Positions 28,785 through 38,654 of a stretch of 64,000 bases of DNA are shown one piece after another. The position numbers were made by a program, and so were the translations under genes. Below the pieces are notes generated by a model. The model had not been told where the DNA came from. It ran no database searches and saw only the letters and a list, made by a program, of their open reading frames with translations. Source of the stretch: an uncultured Woeseiaceae bacterium (GTDB taxonomy: Bacteria > Pseudomonadota > Gammaproteobacteria > Steroidobacterales > Woeseiaceae); contig CAJQPR010000067.1 in assembly GCA_905480255.1 (NCBI GenBank), positions 1,061 to 65,060 of the forward strand, read 5' to 3'. How positions within the stretch are numbered: position 1 is the first letter of the stretch; each line of letters starts with the position of its first letter.

Positions 28785-30152
28785 TCAGAGAAAGTACTGC
28801 GACAGGAACGGATTCATCATACGGTTTTCAGGGTCAAATTGCCGCCGGATCTTGCGGAATAGATTTATTCGACTACCAAATACCTGCGATGGATAGTCGG
28901 CGGGGACCTCCTGTGTCTGGTTGAAGAGCGGCGTTCCTCCCCAGTGGCGAGCAAAGTCGCCAAAGTCTATCGCGAAGTCTTCCCATCCTTTCGACTGAGT
29001 ACTGATAGCTCGCAGCGCGATCATCGGTTCATCGAAACTCGGCGACAACAAAGCGGAGCTGTCACGACCGATTCGGAAGCCGACAGTCGGCATGTCACAG
29101 CGAAACCTGCTGGCATCTTGTACTCGCAGGCAGAAGTCACGGTATGCCTGAACGACTATCGCAAAGTCTGCTGCGGGGAAAAACCAGGTGCAGTAATTGA
29201 GTTTCTTTGCTGCGTCGTCGGATTTGGCGCTACTCATTAACGCAGTTGAGTTACTGCCGGTATTTACAAGGCGATTATTGACGATTCCCTGCGTCATCTG
29301 ACTGATCTCGTCGATCAGTCGGTAGCGAACCCCGGTCATTGGAACAATGCGGTTGATGGATTTGAATACGTTCGGCAATACCGTACTCTCTCCCCAGTCC
29401 TTGACCTTCCAGGGGATTCTATGTGTGCCAGTTGCGCCGGGACTGTGTCGCCTGATGTCGAGATAAACGCGATCCCGAAAGGGTAGCAGGTAGAATTTCA
29501 GTCCAACATCGGCGTTGGCAACCTTCTCGGCGACCGCGCCAAACTGATCGAATGAACATCGACGATGCGTCACCGCAAACGTTCGAATCGGACGGACCTT
29601 CAGTTTGATTTCGTAAATGATTCCCAGCATGCCGAAACTCAGCCGAAATGCATGCATCAGATTCTGTTGATCGCTGCGGATTTCAATTGGCTTTCCGTCT
29701 GGGGTAACGAGCTTGATGCTTTCAACCTGAGACGCCAGAAACGCGCCGTCGTCACCGAAACTCGGTCCGATGCAGCCGCCTGAAACGGCGCCACCGACAG
29801 TTCGACTCATCAGGTCATGTCCTCCGCCGAGTTCGAGCCCGTATTCGGCAAGTTCGCTGACGAGGTCGCCAATACGGACTCCGGGCTGAACGGTGGTGGT
29901 TCTTCGATCCGGATCAACGTGTTTGATCTGCTTGAGAAGCGATGTGTCCACAACAGTGCCCACAGATGACGATGTGCACTCGGTTGCCGAGCTATTGGCG
30001 CCCATCGGCCGGAAGGGTGCTGAAAAGCGGGACTCCGGATTCAGGGCATTTCTGATTTCAACCGCGCGGGTTGGTGTTAGAACAGTCGGGCCCGGCATCA
30101 CCGGTGACCGGTATTTGCCTGACCGGCTCAAACGTATTGCATTTACTGACAT
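28785..30152 (-). CDS. FAD-linked oxidase (PCMH-type FAD-binding domain)
   Basis: FAD_binding_4-like block (VQPGVRIGDLVSELAEYGLELGGGHDLMSRTVGGAVSGGCIG) followed by a C-terminal oxidase-like domain. Start uncertain: Met42 at 30152 is chosen, and 30203 or 30275 are possible. Confidence 0.7.
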   Translation of the reverse strand: MSVNAIRLSRSGKYRSPVMPGPTVLTPTRAVEIRNALNPESRFSAPFRPMGANSSATECTSSSVGTVVDTSLLKQIKHVDPDRRTTTVQPGVRIGDLVSELAEYGLELGGGHDLMSRTVGGAVSGGCIGPSFGDDGAFLASQVESIKLVTPDGKPIEIRSDQQNLMHAFRLSFGMLGIIYEIKLKVRPIRTFAVTHRRCSFDQFGAVAEKVANADVGLKFYLLPFRDRVYLDIRRHSPGATGTHRIPWKVKDWGESTVLPNVFKSINRIVPMTGVRYRLIDEISQMTQGIVNNRLVNTGSNSTALMSSAKSDDAAKKLNYCTWFFPAADFAIVVQAYRDFCLRVQDASRFRCDMPTVGFRIGRDSSALLSPSFDEPMIALRAISTQSKGWEDFAIDFGDFARHWGGTPLFNQTQEVPADYPSQVFGSRINLFRKIRRQFDPENRMMNPFLSQYFL

Positions 30153-30594
30153 TGCTGGCTCCAAAATCGAATGGGACGGTATTCGATGTTCGAATCCAGG
30201 CATTTCTGCAAGGCGACGAGTCCGGGGATATATGAAAGCGAATTTGCCTGGCGAGTGCCGGTCAGAACGGGACACTGAATTGACCCGGGCCTTTCTCGAT
30301 CTGGCAACCCCGCCGTCGTAGGTTTCCCCTTAGACCGGTGGCTTTGCGGCCCTTTCTTTCGAAAGGTGTGCCTTTTTCAAACGTGACTTGATCCTGCACA
30401 GCGTTTTCAAGGCTGTCAATTTAATCTCTATTCCGGATCTTCTGCCGTGTCGGTGCGTCCGGCCGGCGACGCTGAAGGCCCCGCGAACGGCAGAACAGGC
30501 AAAAGCGCGGGCTTGATTTCGCCGGCAGCGAATTCCTGTCCGCCTTGACATAAAATGCGGGACTGCGGACCAAAAGAACAGGGCAGGTAACAAA

Positions 30595-31458
30595 ATGCGG
30601 TGGAGTGGCGGAAGGCGTAGCAAGAATATCGTTGATCGAAGAGGGTCGGGAAGGAGCCGCTCATTGGCTGGCGGTGGTATTGGCACGATCGTTATTATCC
30701 TGGTGGCGATGTATTTCGGCGTTGACCCAAATTTCCTCATCGAAGGATTGCAGACCGCCAGCGTTCCGTCTTCCGCGTCGGGCACCAGGCCGGATGCCGC
30801 TGATCTTGCGAATGATCCCATGGCAGACATGATCTCGGTGGTTGTTGCGGATACTGAGGACGTCTGGAGCGGAATCTTTGCGGGTATCAACAAGCGCTAC
30901 GAAGAGCCCCGGCTGGTGATATTTGATGGCTTTACCCAATCTGCCTGCGGCACGGGGCAAGCCGCAATGGGTCCGTTTTACTGTCCAGCCGACAAGAACG
31001 CATACATCGACCTGTCGTTCTACCGCGACCTGCAGGATCGATTTAACGCGCCCGGCGATTTTGCGCAGGCCTATGTCATTGCCCACGAAATAGGACATCA
31101 CGTGCAAAACCTGCTCGGCATATCGAGCGAAGTGCAGCGCCTCCGCCAACAACTGGGTCAGACTGAAGCGAACCAGATGTCGGTGCGTCTGGAGCTACAG
31201 GCTGATTGCTTTGCCGGCGTATGGGCAAACCATGCCGATCGAGGCAGCAATATTGCCCTCGAAGAAGGCGACATTGAAGAGGCGCTCAACGCCGCAAGTG
31301 CAATCGGCGATGACAGGTTGCAGCAACAATCACAGGGGCGCGTCGCGCCGGATTCGTTTACACACGGCAGCTCCGCGCAACGCGTTCGCTGGTTCAGGAT
31401 CGGGTTTAGCACTGGTAATCCGGATCGCTGCGATACGTTCAGCAGCGAAAACCTCTGA
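30595..31458 (+). CDS. YpfJ-family putative neutral zinc metallopeptidase
   Basis: N-terminus MRWSGGRRSKNIVDRRG followed by a TM helix, then FYCPADKNAYIDLSFY and the HExxH motif in AHEIGHHVQ. Confidence 0.85.
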   Translation: MRWSGGRRSKNIVDRRGSGRSRSLAGGGIGTIVIILVAMYFGVDPNFLIEGLQTASVPSSASGTRPDAADLANDPMADMISVVVADTEDVWSGIFAGINKRYEEPRLVIFDGFTQSACGTGQAAMGPFYCPADKNAYIDLSFYRDLQDRFNAPGDFAQAYVIAHEIGHHVQNLLGISSEVQRLRQQLGQTEANQMSVRLELQADCFAGVWANHADRGSNIALEEGDIEEALNAASAIGDDRLQQQSQGRVAPDSFTHGSSAQRVRWFRIGFSTGNPDRCDTFSSENL

Positions 31459-31736
31459 CCGGGTTGCTGTGGCTTGTTGGATCAGGCCATCCCGGCTAAG
31501 CTCGCCAGTCCACCGGGCGTTACTTCAAAATGAATGCCCGGTTCGATCGTGGAACGGAGACATCTCAATATGTGCATCAGGTTGGGCTCGGATGCCGGGC
31601 AAAATTTTCTTTCGACCAAGGATCCTGTCAGAAAAAAGTCCGCAAAAGAACATGACAGGAAACCTCTGCGACAAGGTAATGATATGGCTGTCAGCACGGT
31701 GATGCGGCGGCTCTTCCCGGCCAGTGGGGTGGGTGA

Positions 31737-32696
31737 ATGAATACAGAACGACTACCTGCGGACATCGTTCTTGCAGCCAATCGCATCGGTCCACACATTC
31801 GCGAGACACCGTTGGATCACTCGCCGTATTTCAGCGAACTGACCGGTGCGAATGTTTATCTCAAGCTTGATAACCTGCAACACACCGGTTCATTCAAATT
31901 ACGTGGGGCATTCAACAAGGTTCTATCGCTAACACCGGATGAGCGTAAGGCCGGCTGTGTTACTGCGTCCAGTGGTAATCACGGGGCAGCAATTGCCTAC
32001 GCGATGAAAAAGCTCGGAGTGACCGGCGTCATATTCGTTCCCGAGCAAACGTCGCCGACGAAAGTGGATGCGATTCGGCGCGCGGGCGGCGACGTCCGGT
32101 TTTTTGGCACGGATGGTCTCGATACTGAGAACCACGCCCGGGCATATGCTGGCGAAAATGGAATGGCATATCTGTCACCCTATAACGATGAGCAGGTAGT
32201 CGCCGGGCAGGGCGTCTGTGGCGTAGAAATTGCCCGGCAGTTGAGCCACGTCGATGCGGTCTTTATCGCAGTCGGTGGTGGCGGGTTAATTGGAGGCGTT
32301 GGCGCGTTCCTGAAATCGGTGAATCCGGATGTGGAGATTGTTTCCTGTCAGCCTGAAGCATCTGCGGTGATGACTGAGTCAGTAAAAGCGGGAGAAATAC
32401 TCGACCTGCCCAGTCACCCGACACTTTCGGATGGCACTGCAGGAGGTATCGAAGCAGGCGCAATAACCTTTGAGCTTTGCCGCGATTTAGTTGATCGGTA
32501 CGTTGTAGTTACCGAGGAGCAGATCTCACACGCAATGCGCGAATTCATCGATTCCCATCACATGCTGCTCGAAGGTGCAGCGGGCGTCGCCATCGCTGGT
32601 TTTCTTGACGTGGCTGGAGACTACAAAGACAAGAATGTTGTCGTCGTGATATGTGGCGGTAACATTAGTCGGGAAACGCTCAAAAAGGTGATCTAG
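31737..32696 (+). CDS. PLP-dependent threonine/serine dehydratase family enzyme
   Basis: PLP-lysine motif HTGSFKLRGA and the glycine-rich loop GGGGLIGG. At 319 aa it has no ACT regulatory domain. Confidence 0.8.
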   Translation: MNTERLPADIVLAANRIGPHIRETPLDHSPYFSELTGANVYLKLDNLQHTGSFKLRGAFNKVLSLTPDERKAGCVTASSGNHGAAIAYAMKKLGVTGVIFVPEQTSPTKVDAIRRAGGDVRFFGTDGLDTENHARAYAGENGMAYLSPYNDEQVVAGQGVCGVEIARQLSHVDAVFIAVGGGGLIGGVGAFLKSVNPDVEIVSCQPEASAVMTESVKAGEILDLPSHPTLSDGTAGGIEAGAITFELCRDLVDRYVVVTEEQISHAMREFIDSHHMLLEGAAGVAIAGFLDVAGDYKDKNVVVVICGGNISRETLKKVI

Positions 32697-32779
32697 CTTC
32701 GCAAATCAGGAGAATTCACCGGAACTGCGTTGTCCATAAATGTCCAAGGGAACAAGCGCTTTATCGTGGAGAAGCTTCG

Positions 32780-34123
32780 ATGAATCTCAAAACACCGGTC
32801 GTAGTCCTGGCGTTGTTGCTGGCGGCGACGGCGAGCGCCAGTACAACTGCTTTCGTGAACGTGAATATCGTTCCAATGACATCCGAAACGGTAATAGAAA
32901 CCCAGACTGTTATCGTGACCGATGGGGTCATTACATCCATCAGCAATTTTGGTTCTACAGCGGTCCCGGACGAGGCTGAAATTGTCGATGGTACGGATCG
33001 CTACCTCATGCCGGGGCTGGTGGAGATGCACGGTCATGTGCCGGGTGGCGATTCGTCGAGTCTTGAACGAATTCTGGGTCTCTATGTCGCGAACGGAATT
33101 ACGACGGTCAGAGGCATGCTTGGGCAGCCGTCACATATTGATCTGCGAACCCGGATCGAGAACGGCGAAACGCTTGGTCCGAGATTGATAACGTCGGGGC
33201 CGTCGTTCAATGGACGAAGTGTGGACGGCCCGGAGGCCGGCCGCGACATGGTCCGGGCGCAGCACGCTGCCGGATATGACTTTCTCAAAATCCACCCGGG
33301 TCTGACGGGCGAAGAGTTCGATGCGATTGCAGAAACGGCCAATGACATTGGCATTCCATTTGCAGGACACGTTCCTGAGGATGTCGGGGTCGAGCGGGCA
33401 TTGGCGGCGGGAATCGCCACCATTGATCATCTTGACGGCTATATGCAAACACTGTTGCCGCCAAATGATGACCCGTCCGGCGGTCTTTCCGGATTCTTCG
33501 GAGTCTTCATTGCCGATCAGGCCGATGAGGAGAAGATTGCGGACATTGCCCGGGCCACCGCTGCAGCTGGCGTGTGGAATGTTCCTACCGACTCGCTCTT
33601 TGTGCACGTCACTTCGCCGGAACTTGGCACCGAGGACCTGGCCCATCGTCCTGAAATGGAGTTTATGCCGGCAACAACCGTCGCTCAGTGGGAGGATTAC
33701 AAAACCGCCCTGCTGAATGACGCAAATTATGATGCAGACACGGCTGCACGGGCTATTCAACTCAGGCAGCAGCTAATACTTGCGTTGCACGAGGCCGGCG
33801 CTGGCCTGCTCCTGGGTTCGGATTCACCCCAGGTATTCAATGTGCCCGGCTTTGCGTTGCATCATGAACTCAGACTGATTGCCGAGGCCGGACTGAGTCC
33901 ATTCGCTGCAATTCAGACGGGTACGATCAACGCCGCCCGCTTTTTTGGGGCTGAAGATCGTTGGGGAACGGTTCAGGAAGGTCTCGTGGCTGACCTGATT
34001 CTTCTCGACTCGAATCCGCTAACCGATGTGACGAATTCCAAAAGAATTCATGGGGTTATGCTTCGAGGGCGGTGGCTGTCCCGGGCCGACCTCGATGCCA
34101 TGCTGGAGCGGTTCCAGCGGTAA
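32780..34123 (+). CDS. Exported amidohydrolase-family metallohydrolase
   Basis: Signal peptide, metal-binding HGH in PGLVEMHGHVP, and later H/D positions (IDHLDG, GSDSP) fitting the amidohydrolase TIM barrel. Confidence 0.75.
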   Translation: MNLKTPVVVLALLLAATASASTTAFVNVNIVPMTSETVIETQTVIVTDGVITSISNFGSTAVPDEAEIVDGTDRYLMPGLVEMHGHVPGGDSSSLERILGLYVANGITTVRGMLGQPSHIDLRTRIENGETLGPRLITSGPSFNGRSVDGPEAGRDMVRAQHAAGYDFLKIHPGLTGEEFDAIAETANDIGIPFAGHVPEDVGVERALAAGIATIDHLDGYMQTLLPPNDDPSGGLSGFFGVFIADQADEEKIADIARATAAAGVWNVPTDSLFVHVTSPELGTEDLAHRPEMEFMPATTVAQWEDYKTALLNDANYDADTAARAIQLRQQLILALHEAGAGLLLGSDSPQVFNVPGFALHHELRLIAEAGLSPFAAIQTGTINAARFFGAEDRWGTVQEGLVADLILLDSNPLTDVTNSKRIHGVMLRGRWLSRADLDAMLERFQR

Positions 34124-34259
34124 ATTGTCAGGCTATGCAACCGATATCCGATTTCCGGTATCTAACTTCTATTATCTGGCGGAACCGGTCTTTGCCAAAC
34201 GGCCCGTGACAAAGGGCCTGTTCATGACAAAGCGCCCTTCCAAGACATAGGGGAACAAT

Positions 34260-34973
34260 ATGCGCAGTATTCTGATTATGGCTATGTTCACGACCAGCCT
34301 GGCGTATGGGGCGATGGGTGAATACGAGGAAGTTCGCGAGCTTAACCTTCCGACTCGCGGAATTGATACGCTGAGTATCGATGCCGGAGCCGGCAGTCTG
34401 GACGTCGTGGGCGTATCCGGATTGAGTGAAATCAGCGTAACTGCCACGATCCAGGTGGATACGAGCGACGACGAAAAAGCGCAGAAGAAAATCGAATCAG
34501 ATATGGTTCTGACGCTCGATAAAAGCAGCGATACAGCCATTCTCAAAGCCTACTTCGATGAAGGTATGTTTGGCTGGGGCGATAGCCCGGCGATTCAACT
34601 CGAGGTTCGGATGCCTGAAGGCATGCACCTCAGGATTGATGATGGCTCCGGATCAATAGAAGTTACCAACGTTCGTGGTGACGTTGTGCTGGACGACGGC
34701 TCTGGTTCAATCACCATGAACGATGTCGGTGGGACTGTTGAAATCGAAGACGGATCAGGATCAATTACGGTCAGGGGTGTAGGAGGAGACATTTCAATCA
34801 ACGACGGGTCAGGCAGCATCAAGGTCCGTGGCGTCGCCGGAAGTGTCACCCTCGATGACGGCTCCGGAGGAATTGATGTAAGTGACGTCGAACAGGATCT
34901 CATCATCGTTGATGACGGTAGCGGTAGTCTCGATTTCTCAAATATCGGTGGACATGTAGAAACCGATTCCTGA
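34260..34973 (+). CDS. Exported repeat protein (predicted beta-helix, DUF4097-like)
   Basis: Signal peptide followed by six tandem 18-residue repeats with the consensus DDGSGSIxVxxVxGxVxI. Confidence 0.6.
   Translation: MRSILIMAMFTTSLAYGAMGEYEEVRELNLPTRGIDTLSIDAGAGSLDVVGVSGLSEISVTATIQVDTSDDEKAQKKIESDMVLTLDKSSDTAILKAYFDEGMFGWGDSPAIQLEVRMPEGMHLRIDDGSGSIEVTNVRGDVVLDDGSGSITMNDVGGTVEIEDGSGSITVRGVGGDISINDGSGSIKVRGVAGSVTLDDGSGGIDVSDVEQDLIIVDDGSGSLDFSNIGGHVETDS
34638..34961 (+). repeat. Six tandem 54-nt coding repeats (18-aa DDGSGSI units)
   Basis: Units read directly are [90 protein letters not shown] and [19 protein letters not shown] degenerate copy ([18 protein letters not shown]) lies near the N-terminus. 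Confidence 0.85.
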
Positions 34974-35110
34974 AAACTGGCAGCCGGAAAATTCAGGCGC
35001 CCGCTACCGGCAACTCCGGTCGCGGGCGTTTCTCTTTCCGGCGGTCTTGCAGGCGGGAGGTGGCCGTATTCGGTTACTATTCGTCAAGGCCAGCCCAGTC
35101 CGGGGGAATC

Positions 35111-35992
35111 ATGAGCATGGATCAGCAGATCGACCAGCGATTTTTGGATCTTTATGACCGTTACGCGCACGGTTTCATCAATCGCCGCGAATTTCTGGAC
35201 AGGCTCGGGGCGATTACCGCGTCCGGTACATCCGCTTTGGCTGTTTTCAACATGCTTAGCCCGAACTACGCGCTGGCGAGTCAGGTTGCGGAAGACGATC
35301 CGGAGATCGAAGTCGGCTACCAGGAATACAACTCGCCGGATGGCGCAGGCGATATGCGGGCGTACATGGCTGTTCCGGCCGGCGCGAGTGGAAAAATTCC
35401 TGGCGTTGTCGTCATTCACGAAAACCGGGGACTAAATCCTTATATTGAAGACGTGGCTCGTCGCGTCGCCAAAGCCGGATTTATTGGTTTCGCCCCGGAT
35501 GCGCTCACCCCGCTCGGGGGCTACCCGGGCAATGACGATGAGGGCCGCACAATGCAGCGGGAGCGAGATCGTGACGAGATGTTCGAGGATTTCGTCGCTG
35601 CGGTGCACTACCTTCAGGGGCATCAAAAGTGCACAGGCAAGGTCGGCTGCGTCGGATTTTGTTACGGAGGCGGTGTGTCCAATGCCCTGGCCGTTCGGAT
35701 TCCGGATCTTGCAGCGGCCGTGCCGTTTTACGGCAGGCAGGCCGCCAGCGGGGAAGTCGACAAGATCAACGCAGCTCTTTTAATTCACTATGGTGAACTT
35801 GATACGCGGGTAAATGAGGGCTGGCCGGCCTATAAGGAAGCGCTGGACGAGTCCGGCAAGAACTACACAATGCACATGTATCCGGGTGCGAATCACGGTT
35901 TCCACAATGATACGACGCCGCGCTACGATGCGGAGGCAGCAGAGCTGGCATGGGGCCGAACCATTGAATTTTTCCGCAAAAATCTGGTCTGA
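35111..35992 (+). CDS. Dienelactone hydrolase family protein with a Tat-like signal
   Basis: Twin-arginine motif NRREFLD followed by a hydrophobic stretch, and the Cys nucleophile elbow GFCYGGG. Start set at ATG 35111, preceded by GGGGGA. Confidence 0.8.
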   Translation: MSMDQQIDQRFLDLYDRYAHGFINRREFLDRLGAITASGTSALAVFNMLSPNYALASQVAEDDPEIEVGYQEYNSPDGAGDMRAYMAVPAGASGKIPGVVVIHENRGLNPYIEDVARRVAKAGFIGFAPDALTPLGGYPGNDDEGRTMQRERDRDEMFEDFVAAVHYLQGHQKCTGKVGCVGFCYGGGVSNALAVRIPDLAAAVPFYGRQAASGEVDKINAALLIHYGELDTRVNEGWPAYKEALDESGKNYTMHMYPGANHGFHNDTTPRYDAEAAELAWGRTIEFFRKNLV

Positions 35993-36048
35993 ACAGTATT
36001 GCAAGACATTACCGCGTGGGGCTTGTTGCAGCTTGCTGCTAATATGAA

Positions 36049-36609
36049 ATGCGTCACGGGAGTTCCTTCATGGGCAGCCGACTCAGTATCCTGATTTCCT
36101 TACTTGTTATCGCACCTCTGTGCTGGGGCCAGGGTGCGGACAGAATCAACCGTGCGCAGAATCCGACAACCATTATTGGACCGCGAAACGTACCGTTGGC
36201 GGACGGCGCCGAGGCGCTCTTATCAGGCGACTATAAAAAGGGCGTCAGGATGACGCTTGAGGGGCTTGAGACCGCGCATGGGCGTCGGGAGGAAGAAGCC
36301 GCACTTTCAAATCTCTGCGCCGGTTACGTCCAACTGGGCAAGTACGCGGAGGCGCTCAAATACTGCAATATTCTGTTAGCGCGCAATGACAAAAACTGGC
36401 GCGGCTTCAACAATCGGGCTGTCATTTACATCATGACCAAACAATATGAAAAGGCGCACGATGACCTGCTGAAGGGTGAGGATTTGAATCCAGGCGCACG
36501 GACGCTAAAGGTCGCCAGGTCAATGTACATGGACGCAGTCTATCCGGTCCGCCCGGAAGTCGAGATCGATGACAGGCAAAATCAGGACGATGAGGAACCG
36601 CAGAAATAA
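36049..36609 (+). CDS. Exported TPR-like protein
   Basis: Signal peptide and TPR-like hairpins (AALSNLCAGYVQLGKYAEALKYCNILLARNDKNWRGFNNRAVIY), with an acidic tail. Confidence 0.5.
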   Translation: MRHGSSFMGSRLSILISLLVIAPLCWGQGADRINRAQNPTTIIGPRNVPLADGAEALLSGDYKKGVRMTLEGLETAHGRREEEAALSNLCAGYVQLGKYAEALKYCNILLARNDKNWRGFNNRAVIYIMTKQYEKAHDDLLKGEDLNPGARTLKVARSMYMDAVYPVRPEVEIDDRQNQDDEEPQK

Positions 36610-37012
36610 CCACGCCAGGACCATGGCGATCATTGCCGGCTGTCTCATTTTCAGCCTGGCAAGCGTGCTGCATGCAGGGGAAGAGTCGACGGCGGTGATG
36701 CACTTTATCGACACGTCTACTGATCGGGTTCCGGCGCTAACGGCTTTTCCAAAATACCCGTCTGTCGCACGTCGCGACAGAATAGAGGGGGAAGCAACGG
36801 TTTGTTTCAAGATAAAAGCGAACGGTAAGGTATCCCGGCCGGTGGTGACCGAGTACAGCCACAAGATCTTTTCGAAACCGTCGCTGCGAGCTATAAAAAA
36901 ATCGAATTTCGAACCTATCGGGCCAGCGCAGATACTTGCCACCGCCCGAACGTGTCGAACGTATCGTTTTCGGCTGGATCCGATCACGGCGAAAAGCGAA
37001 GAATCAGAATAG
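36590..37012 (+). CDS. Small exported TonB C-terminal-domain protein
   Basis: TonB_C-like block FPKYPSVARRDRIEGEATVCFKIKANGKVSRPVVTE...PSLRAIKKSNFEP. It has only a signal-like N-terminus, with no Pro-rich spacer. Start may be 36590 or 36623. Confidence 0.65.
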   Translation: MRNRRNNHARTMAIIAGCLIFSLASVLHAGEESTAVMHFIDTSTDRVPALTAFPKYPSVARRDRIEGEATVCFKIKANGKVSRPVVTEYSHKIFSKPSLRAIKKSNFEPIGPAQILATARTCRTYRFRLDPITAKSEESE

Positions 37013-37028
37013 CTCCGCAAAATCAGGA

Positions 37029-38021
37029 CTAGTGGATTTTAGCGCGACCAATATAGTTGGTTGCGGTCGCGAACCAAATTTCGCCCGAATTTTCCGAGTA
37101 ATGAAGGTGGCTCACGGATCCAGCTCCACTCGGTATGTCAGTTTCTGTAAGGAACGTCTCCGCGCTGGCATCAAAGCCAATCAGGCGATTCGGTGTTCGA
37201 CCGGTTTCAACAATCCAGATGCGGTCATCGCGGTCGACGGCCATACCAAACGGCCGGCTTTCAGCACCTCCGGGCATTGGCCACTCACGAAACTCTCCAC
37301 TTCGCGGGTCGTAACGACCGAGCAGGCCCAGCTCATAGTCCGCATACCAGACCCGGTCATCCGATGTGGTAACCAGCCGGCGGGGACGGGAGTCGTCATT
37401 CGGTGTTTCAATCTCAGTGATGGTCATCGTGAACGGATCGATGTGTATCAATGCGTTGCGACCAGAGGCCGCTACCCAGGGCTCTTGAATAGAATTGATT
37501 GTGATTCCGAACGGGCGGGAGTCTTTTGTTGGTATCGGGATCAGATCGATCTCGCCGGCGCTGGTTCTTAGCCGGCCGATAAAATTTCCATCTTCCGACG
37601 TAAACCAGATGTCGCCGGTCTGATCAAAAGTTAGGGAACGAAGTCCCTTCGCTTTTCGGTCGGGCATCTTCAGTTCCGTGACTCGTCCAGTACCTGGGTT
37701 CAGCGATCCGATATGGCGGCGTTTGTTGCTGGCGTACCAGATGAGACCATTGTCATCGACGAGCACGGCAGAGGGTGCAGTGCCTTTGCGTAGATCATAG
37801 CGATTGAATTCCTCCGTTTCCGGAGAGAAATTGGCGATGTAGGAACCGCTAAAGGCGACGAACCAGATACGACCGCGTGAGTCGATAAATGCGTCGGTCG
37901 GTTCGGTCTTCTCCCAGGGGATCAGCCATTCCCGAATATCGACAGTGTCCGCGATACTCGCGGTTGAAAAAAACAATGGAATTACTAACAGGAGAATCAA
38001 GGTTTTGATTTTCATCATCAC
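37029..38021 (-). CDS. Exported beta-propeller protein, Vgb (streptogramin lyase)-like repeat family
   Basis: Signal peptide and about seven repeats of the pattern G-x-IWF/WY..........IGR........E/F (for example GDIWFTSEDGNFIGRLRTSAGEIDLIPIP). Confidence 0.6.
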   Translation of the reverse strand: MMMKIKTLILLLVIPLFFSTASIADTVDIREWLIPWEKTEPTDAFIDSRGRIWFVAFSGSYIANFSPETEEFNRYDLRKGTAPSAVLVDDNGLIWYASNKRRHIGSLNPGTGRVTELKMPDRKAKGLRSLTFDQTGDIWFTSEDGNFIGRLRTSAGEIDLIPIPTKDSRPFGITINSIQEPWVAASGRNALIHIDPFTMTITEIETPNDDSRPRRLVTTSDDRVWYADYELGLLGRYDPRSGEFREWPMPGGAESRPFGMAVDRDDRIWIVETGRTPNRLIGFDASAETFLTETDIPSGAGSVSHLHYSENSGEIWFATATNYIGRAKIH

Positions 38022-38048
38022 GTTGCTCCTGTCCGGCCGATCTCTAAC

Positions 38049-38654
38049 CTAACAATCATCGCTGAGAGATAGGATTCTCTCAGTCGCTTCCCGCATATTG
38101 CTTCCGACGCTAACCAGGCCGCCCTCGTGACCGGCCATTACCGCAATACCCTTTGTTGCGAAATCCGTTTCACTGAACAAGCGGTAAAATTCACTCGCCA
38201 TTTGCGGCGTACCATATGCAACGTCTTCATTGGTGGTTGGCAACACGCCCTTAAATCCTACCCATAATTCATCACTGTGAACATGAACTACTGCGCGAAT
38301 TTCATGACTGAGCTCGTAGATTGCCGCATGGGTCATTGATTCAGATGATGCCTCTGACGCACCTACGCAGGATACTGTGTCTTGCTCGATATCAAAGCCG
38401 GTCACGAGCGCAAAATGTTTGTAGTCGAGATCTGCGAGATGGCCGGTTTGCGTACCGCTGATGAGGAAGCCGGCTGCACCGGGCATACGCAGACTGATAT
38501 TGCCGTAACCGATACCCAGGTCTTCGTAGTGGCCGATCAGTCCCGCTGCGTAAAGGGGGCGACGCCATTTTATCAGGTCGTCGATATCCGGAAAATCCAG
38601 GGGCTCCGTCCGCTGCCATTTCGATTCAAACTTGATGTAGCCTTCATCGATCAT
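38049..38654 (-). CDS. Class II aldolase/adducin-fold protein distinct from MtnB
   Basis: Metal and acid-base positions SSESMTHAAIY, VVHVHS and MAGHEGG fit the class II aldolase fold, but it lacks the MtnB GWxxATSGN block. Its ATG overlaps the mtnA stop (38651-38654). Confidence 0.7.
   Translation of the reverse strand: MIDEGYIKFESKWQRTEPLDFPDIDDLIKWRRPLYAAGLIGHYEDLGIGYGNISLRMPGAAGFLISGTQTGHLADLDYKHFALVTGFDIEQDTVSCVGASEASSESMTHAAIYELSHEIRAVVHVHSDELWVGFKGVLPTTNEDVAYGTPQMASEFYRLFSETDFATKGIAVMAGHEGGLVSVGSNMREATERILSLSDDC

Noticed and set aside
30181-30200. The sequence GTTCGAATCC, which resembles a tRNA T-loop.
   Set aside because: The flanking bases (CGATG and CCAGG) cannot form a T-stem, and no acceptor or anticodon arms are apparent. 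It lies in the 5' region of the FAD-oxidase ORF.
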